From a virus: a stretch of DNA of 64,000 nucleotides. The stretch covers positions 12,247 to 76,246 of the IMG/VR virus record IMGVR_UViG_3300028835_002196. One strand, 5' to 3'. A program made the position numbers and the translations under genes. The notes under the pieces were generated by a model. That model was not told where the DNA came from, ran no database searches, and saw only the letters and a list, made by a program, of their open reading frames with translations. Positions 59,407 through 64,000 of the stretch are shown here, piece by piece. Position 1 is the first letter of the stretch; each line of letters opens with the position of its first letter.

Positions 59407-59485
59407 TTTTTTCTCCTTATTAATTAATACTATAACTATTCAACATAAATAAACGCACAATCTTTTTATTACTACTTTTTATAGG

Positions 59486-60814
59486 TTAAGCCTGTCCTGG
59501 TCCTGAAATGTTTTCTTTCTCGGCCTGATAGATCTCATCCCTCTGCTGTTCTTGGTCTGATATAGTTCCTGCAGGTGGAATATCCGTGTTGCCACTACCA
59601 CTTGGATTCTCATAAAATTTATCCCACTCCTCAGCCGTTAAGCTCCTTACCTTTTCAGAGACAGCATGAAGTATTGCTGGCAAATTATCTGCCACCAAAT
59701 CCCTCTGCATCATCGAAAACACTTGCTTTACGTTTTCCTCATTAAGTTCCATTTGGTTCTCAATACAAAAATCTTTAGCATGTGATATAAGATTTTGCTT
59801 TGTCTCTGCAGGTATCTCATAATTGAGTATTGGGACTTTCCTCCCTGTTGGTGTAAGTGGGTAAGACTTCCATTTATCACCAATTTCCTTGGTTAAATTT
59901 TCCCAACCATTTTTAATCTGGGTTTTCTGTTCATCTGTCAGTACAGGCCCGCCCGGGGGTGGTGTTGGCGGAGTTTCCTCCGGCAACTTCACTCCCCCTT
60001 TTAATTCCGTCAATGACTGTCTCGCAGTCTCGGCATCACTTGCCAGGCTAATCTTATTAATTTCAAGCTCATCCGTATCCATCTCCTCATCATCAACCTT
60101 GTATTGTTTTTCGAATTTTGCTTTCAATTTACTTTCTTGCCCTATAAATTTAGGCTTATCCGTTATTTCTTTCAGTACCATCACCTCTACATCCCCAAGT
60201 TTACTTAGGTCTGTATTCATAAGCTTATTAAAAGCTTCGTAGTTCTGGATCCCTGTTTTCTTAACGAACTCGTTAAAAAGGGCAATACTCTCGTTAGCAT
60301 AACCAAAGGGTCTTCCTTCGGCCTGGCTCTTAAAGGTGGCGTTCGCCTCTCTCAGGGTACTAACCTCTTTTAAGGTATCGGTTATTTTTGCCTTCTTCAC
60401 ATCATCAAAGGATTTAAACTGATCGCCGAATATCTCATTCACGACCTGCATTCTTATTTCCTCTGTAGATGGAGAAGGTGGTGGTGTTCCTTCGCCTCCT
60501 GGTGGAGGTGTTCCTTCGCCTCCTGGTGGAGGTGTTCCTTCGCCTCCTGGTGGAGGTGTTCCTTCGCCTCCCGGTGGAGGTGTTCCTTCGCCTCCCGGTG
60601 GAGGTGTTCCTTCGCCCCCCGGTGGAGGTGTTCCTTCGCCTCCCGGGGGGGGTGTTCCTTCGCCCCCCGGTGGAGGTGTTCCTTCGCCTCCCGGTGGAGG
60701 TGTTCCTTCGCCTCCCGGTGGGGGTGTTCCTTCGTTTCCTACAACATCACCAATACTGCCTTTTAAGGCTTGAAATTCCGGGTCGCTTTCGTCAAATTTT
60801 TTTGGGTCTGGCAT
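59486..60814 (-). CDS. Scaffold-like head protein with an EGTPPPGG repeat
   Basis: Acidic, low-complexity N-terminus; between portal and MCP. Confidence 0.6.
   Translation of the reverse strand: MPDPKKFDESDPEFQALKGSIGDVVGNEGTPPPGGEGTPPPGGEGTPPPGGEGTPPPGGEGTPPPGGEGTPPPGGEGTPPPGGEGTPPPGGEGTPPPGGEGTPPPGGEGTPPPSPSTEEIRMQVVNEIFGDQFKSFDDVKKAKITDTLKEVSTLREANATFKSQAEGRPFGYANESIALFNEFVKKTGIQNYEAFNKLMNTDLSKLGDVEVMVLKEITDKPKFIGQESKLKAKFEKQYKVDDEEMDTDELEINKISLASDAETARQSLTELKGGVKLPEETPPTPPPGGPVLTDEQKTQIKNGWENLTKEIGDKWKSYPLTPTGRKVPILNYEIPAETKQNLISHAKDFCIENQMELNEENVKQVFSMMQRDLVADNLPAILHAVSEKVRSLTAEEWDKFYENPSGSGNTDIPPAGTISDQEQQRDEIYQAEKENISGPGQA
60477..60734 (+). repeat. 24-bp coding tandem repeat, 10 full copies plus 1 partial
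   Basis: GGTGGAGGTGTTCCTTCGCCTCC(T/C) unit encoding EGTPPPGG on the minus strand; variation only at synonymous sites. Confidence 0.95.
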
Positions 60815-60816
60815 AA

Positions 60817-63192
60817 CTACTTGTTTTTTGATTTATTACTACTACTGTCTTTGCTACTACTACTGTCGGGTTTATTATCACGATAATTTTCGGCCTCGGC
60901 CTCCAGCATTTTCTCTGCTCCCATTTCTTTCATCTTATTTTTATGTTTTTCCCTTTCAAGGCGTATAATTTCAGTTGTTTTATGTGTTTCGAATTCTTTC
61001 TTCAAATCAAATTCTTTTTCCTTTTTCTTCCTTTCCTGATCCCCTTTAGTTTCTATTACTTTAATAGCATTCTTATTATCAATCTGCATATTTTCCCTCT
61101 GTAATGACACTTGCCTTTGCTTATTCATTTTTGACCGGTAACTCAGTACGGCCTGGGCTAATATTAAATTTGATGCCTCCAATAATCTCTCCACCATTAA
61201 ATAATCATGATATTCAAGACCAATATGCCCATCCTTATCAGGGGCCTGGGCCTTCTGTGCTGTAAGACGTATCATTTGCTTGGCCTCACTTGTAGGTCTT
61301 GCTATCAGTTTAATATAAAAATCCGCATCAACTATTTCTGCCCCAATACTCAATGCCTGCAAAGAAGCTTTACCCAACACCGGATAATACCCTTTATATG
61401 CCTTTTTAGAATGCTTGACAATAATCTGTAATCTCAGGGCAACGTTCTTCGCCACATGTTCTTTACAATGTATATATGCACTATATATTGGCCGAATAAC
61501 ATTGCCTGTTGCAGCAACGGCCATCTTTGACCCTCCAACAGATTGTTTGGGATCGGGGGTACTGGCATCAGCTATTTGATTTATTCCCGATAATTCACGA
61601 ATAAAATTAAAATTAAGTTCAAATATTCGAACAAACTCTTCAAGGCTCTGCCCTATCCCTCCTTCAAGTTCCTGAACGGGTTTGCCCGAATGCGGCCCTG
61701 CAACATATCCCCGGTGTGTTGTTGCCCGATAAACCAGATCTCCCTGTCCTCTGCGTATCTGTAGTATCTCTAACGGCTCTAAAACCCCCCCCTTAATAAC
61801 CATATTCTGCAAACTTGAATATTCTACAGCCAGGCCAGAAGGCGAAGCCTGTGCTATTGCATTTTGCATTTTCAAAAACGTTAACTGAATCTGGTCAAGG
61901 TTTGGTTGTATCAGGCTGATCATGGATCTGCCATGAATTTTATAGGTATGGAAAGATAACTCTACCTCTTTTTTACCTGGCCTGGGTATATCGTATTGAT
62001 AACCATAATCAAAAATATGATCTGTCCCTATAATCCATTTCCCCCTGTGCACGGTTTTTGTTTCAACAATCTTTGTTGTCCGGTTATCTGTATCCCTGAT
62101 CTTTCCCCATTCATCTTCATAATAAAATTCCTCACCTCTCTCGTTTCTTCTTTTCTGCTTATACCGTATATCAACACTTTTCACCTCAAAATCCAGAACA
62201 TCCACCAAATAATTATCATATTTATATGATCCATCCCTATTCTGCAAGTCAGTTATTCCTCCGACAATAAGCGATGGATTCCTGCTGGTCCCGGAAAAAT
62301 CAGTTGCTATCTGCATTAACTGATCTTCACTTAACCGGTTTTCTTCAGGTTCAGAACTCATAGCAGCCCTGATATCAATAATTTTCATAGGTTTTATCTG
62401 GCCAGCCCATTCGGTATTTTTATGATCATTACGCAGACTGTACTGCTGAATCAATCTTGCGGGATCAACATATTCCACTCTGACTTTTTGTGTAAACTTG
62501 TCAACATAATCCCGGCATGATGCTATACCGATAGTCAAAAAATCAATTATTTTTTTTCGTTTGATTTCCTTCCAGTCACTAATATAGAGAGTATAATCTA
62601 TTCCTCTTTCAATGGCGTACTCCTTCTTCATCTTAAACCCCCCCAGCTCCTCAAACAAAGCCATCTCTTCCGACGTTTCAGGTCCCATCTCTTGCCCCTG
62701 TGCTTGTGACTGCAGGCCTAAGTTTTTATTAACATAGTCAATATCCTGCCTGTTTTGAGACTGAAACCACATCTGCCATTTTATTTCCTCCCGTTCTTTC
62801 CCTGATGTCGGATCTACCGCAGTAGCAGTTATATCGTGTTCCTGGTCTTCCATCATTCCCAGGACAACATTTATAAACTTAGGAGCAACACTGAATATAT
62901 CCCAATTAATATTAAACCATCCTTCACGCTCTCCGGAATTAGGTCCTTCTTCTTGTTCTCCAAGAAGTATGTCCTGGTATATTTCGGGATCCTGCCTGCC
63001 CTCTGCATAAGAACGAAGAATTTTGTATTCATCAAGAATATTATAGGGGATTGCGGTTTTGTTACGTACCCAATTGGCATACATCGCTTTACCAAAGTCC
63101 AAATGCCACTGCTTTTTTTTAAGCTTAGGATCTATCTCATGTTTTGGAAATGGATATTCACCGGTTCTATAAGAATTAATGCTAACAGCCAT
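60817..63192 (-). CDS. Portal protein
   Basis: R.YA.G.Q....Y, NINW....V.PKF..V..G, A.A.DP, YVDPA.L, D.IQLT..K.Q and GIN...D.S.P; follows the terminase. Confidence 0.85.
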   Translation of the reverse strand: MAVSINSYRTGEYPFPKHEIDPKLKKKQWHLDFGKAMYANWVRNKTAIPYNILDEYKILRSYAEGRQDPEIYQDILLGEQEEGPNSGEREGWFNINWDIFSVAPKFINVVLGMMEDQEHDITATAVDPTSGKEREEIKWQMWFQSQNRQDIDYVNKNLGLQSQAQGQEMGPETSEEMALFEELGGFKMKKEYAIERGIDYTLYISDWKEIKRKKIIDFLTIGIASCRDYVDKFTQKVRVEYVDPARLIQQYSLRNDHKNTEWAGQIKPMKIIDIRAAMSSEPEENRLSEDQLMQIATDFSGTSRNPSLIVGGITDLQNRDGSYKYDNYLVDVLDFEVKSVDIRYKQKRRNERGEEFYYEDEWGKIRDTDNRTTKIVETKTVHRGKWIIGTDHIFDYGYQYDIPRPGKKEVELSFHTYKIHGRSMISLIQPNLDQIQLTFLKMQNAIAQASPSGLAVEYSSLQNMVIKGGVLEPLEILQIRRGQGDLVYRATTHRGYVAGPHSGKPVQELEGGIGQSLEEFVRIFELNFNFIRELSGINQIADASTPDPKQSVGGSKMAVAATGNVIRPIYSAYIHCKEHVAKNVALRLQIIVKHSKKAYKGYYPVLGKASLQALSIGAEIVDADFYIKLIARPTSEAKQMIRLTAQKAQAPDKDGHIGLEYHDYLMVERLLEASNLILAQAVLSYRSKMNKQRQVSLQRENMQIDNKNAIKVIETKGDQERKKKEKEFDLKKEFETHKTTEIIRLEREKHKNKMKEMGAEKMLEAEAENYRDNKPDSSSSKDSSSNKSKNK

Positions 63193-63246
63193 TGAATCCT
63201 GTTTTTGATAAATATAAAAAAATCTTATTAACAGTTTTCAACCGAC

Positions 63247-64000
63247 CTAACGTTTTTTATATTTTCTTTTCTTAAAATAATTTGACACATCTGATTGCTC
63301 TCGTTGTAATCTTTGCACTTCATCATAAATAGTAAGTGTTCCAAGCAAAGCAAATCCTCCCGCAGTAAACAGGTCAAAAAACGTCATATCTTCCGGACCA
63401 CCGATATCCCTACATTGTTCTAAAACTTCAACATGCACTTCCTCGTCAATCTCGTTTGCTATCCATGACATATACTCTGTAAAAATATCTTGTTTAATTC
63501 TCTCTGACGTGCTCGCCCCGGGAGTTATTTTTGTCTCCATTGTTGTCGGATCTATTCTATATAGTAAATACCGGCTATATTTACGCTGCTCAAAATAATC
63601 CCATAACAAAGGAATATCTATCTCCGGGAACATCTGCACTCCAAAAAATACACACATCATCAACATGTCCTCGGCATACTCCCATTTATCTTTCGTGCGG
63701 TTACTATAAGTACACACAAATCTCCTCTTCCTTACAAGCTTACCTTCCTGTACATCATACTTCCCTTTCCTTATAACTGCTCCTCCTGCATCAGATCTGC
63801 GATTATGTTCCGTGCGATTAAATTTAAAAGGGTCCCCCCCCGCAATACCAAAATCCGTATTAAGGGGTATCCATGATTCTTCATATCGATCATAAATTTT
63901 TCTATTCGCTTCATGTTTATCAAACATTTGTGAAACTCTAAACTTCCCCCCTGGAGTATCCACAAATTCCACCTCCCCATCTCTAACGCCCCCCTTCCAT
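63247..64000 (-). CDS. terL: Terminase large subunit, C-terminal nuclease part (partial)
   Basis: Frame open to the window edge (WKGGVRDGEVEF); GGDPF...SD.G, Y..R, EDMLM..VF.G and T.FDL..A.G RNase H-like motifs. Confidence 0.85.
   Translation of the reverse strand, partial: WKGGVRDGEVEFVDTPGGKFRVSQMFDKHEANRKIYDRYEESWIPLNTDFGIAGGDPFKFNRTEHNRRSDAGGAVIRKGKYDVQEGKLVRKRRFVCTYSNRTKDKWEYAEDMLMMCVFFGVQMFPEIDIPLLWDYFEQRKYSRYLLYRIDPTTMETKITPGASTSERIKQDIFTEYMSWIANEIDEEVHVEVLEQCRDIGGPEDMTFFDLFTAGGFALLGTLTIYDEVQRLQREQSDVSNYFKKRKYKKR

Noticed and set aside
60477-60734. CRISPR array
   Set aside because: Contiguous repeats with no spacers, in frame within a CDS, and no cas genes.
60469-60816. + strand ORF (VEVFLRL repeats)
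   Set aside because: Antisense shadow of the coding tandem repeat.
27153-63776. Numerous short + strand ORFs in the late region
   Set aside because: Antisense shadows of long, motif-supported minus-strand genes.
1-64000. Stop-codon reassignment as in some crAss-like phages
   Set aside because: Long genes are intact under the standard code, TAG and TGA end well-formed genes, and the breaks are frame changes rather than in-frame stops.
1-64000. Integrated prophage boundaries
   Set aside because: No integrase, att-like junction or host housekeeping genes in the window.

Overview
The window is a large part of a tailed dsDNA phage genome with a crAss-like, podovirus-type structural module. The host is probably a Bacteroidota: three TTTG-N20-TAnnTTTG promoters (one with a single mismatch), AT-rich gene leaders, a DUF3127 SSB-like gene and a Bacteroidota-type ECF sigma factor. 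Layout: (1) 1-9.4 kb, a divergently transcribed early/accessory region of small genes, including a winged-helix protein, RadC, DUF6166 and a C5 methyltransferase with five internal repeats. (2) 9.3-23 kb, a leftward replication/recombination/modification operon: RecT-like SSAP, PolX, DUF3127, a broken MmcB-like nuclease, radical SAM, Dam, N4/N6 MTase, NUMOD1, YqaJ and a T7 gp4/Twinkle-like primase-helicase. (3) 23-64 kb, a leftward late region: lysis genes, ECF sigma, a giant DarB-like polyvalent protein (MTase + Strawberry-notch helicase + HExxH + LPD38), internal virion proteins, tail nozzle/ring proteins, two fibre proteins, major capsid, scaffold-like protein, portal and the 3' part of the large terminase. 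I found no tRNA, rRNA, CRISPR array, integrase, reverse transcriptase, family A/B DNA polymerase or virion RNA polymerase. Best leads: a possible recoding junction that would fuse two ORFs into a ~4,765-aa injected protein; an MTase-MTase-radical SAM-nuclease cassette; a repeat-array C5 MTase lacking a canonical start; an enriched TGGTGTT motif with a 29-bp direct repeat near the left end; and a structured intergenic RNA candidate before the SSB-like gene. All calls come from reading motifs by eye, with no database search. The four reading-frame breaks could be assembly errors.
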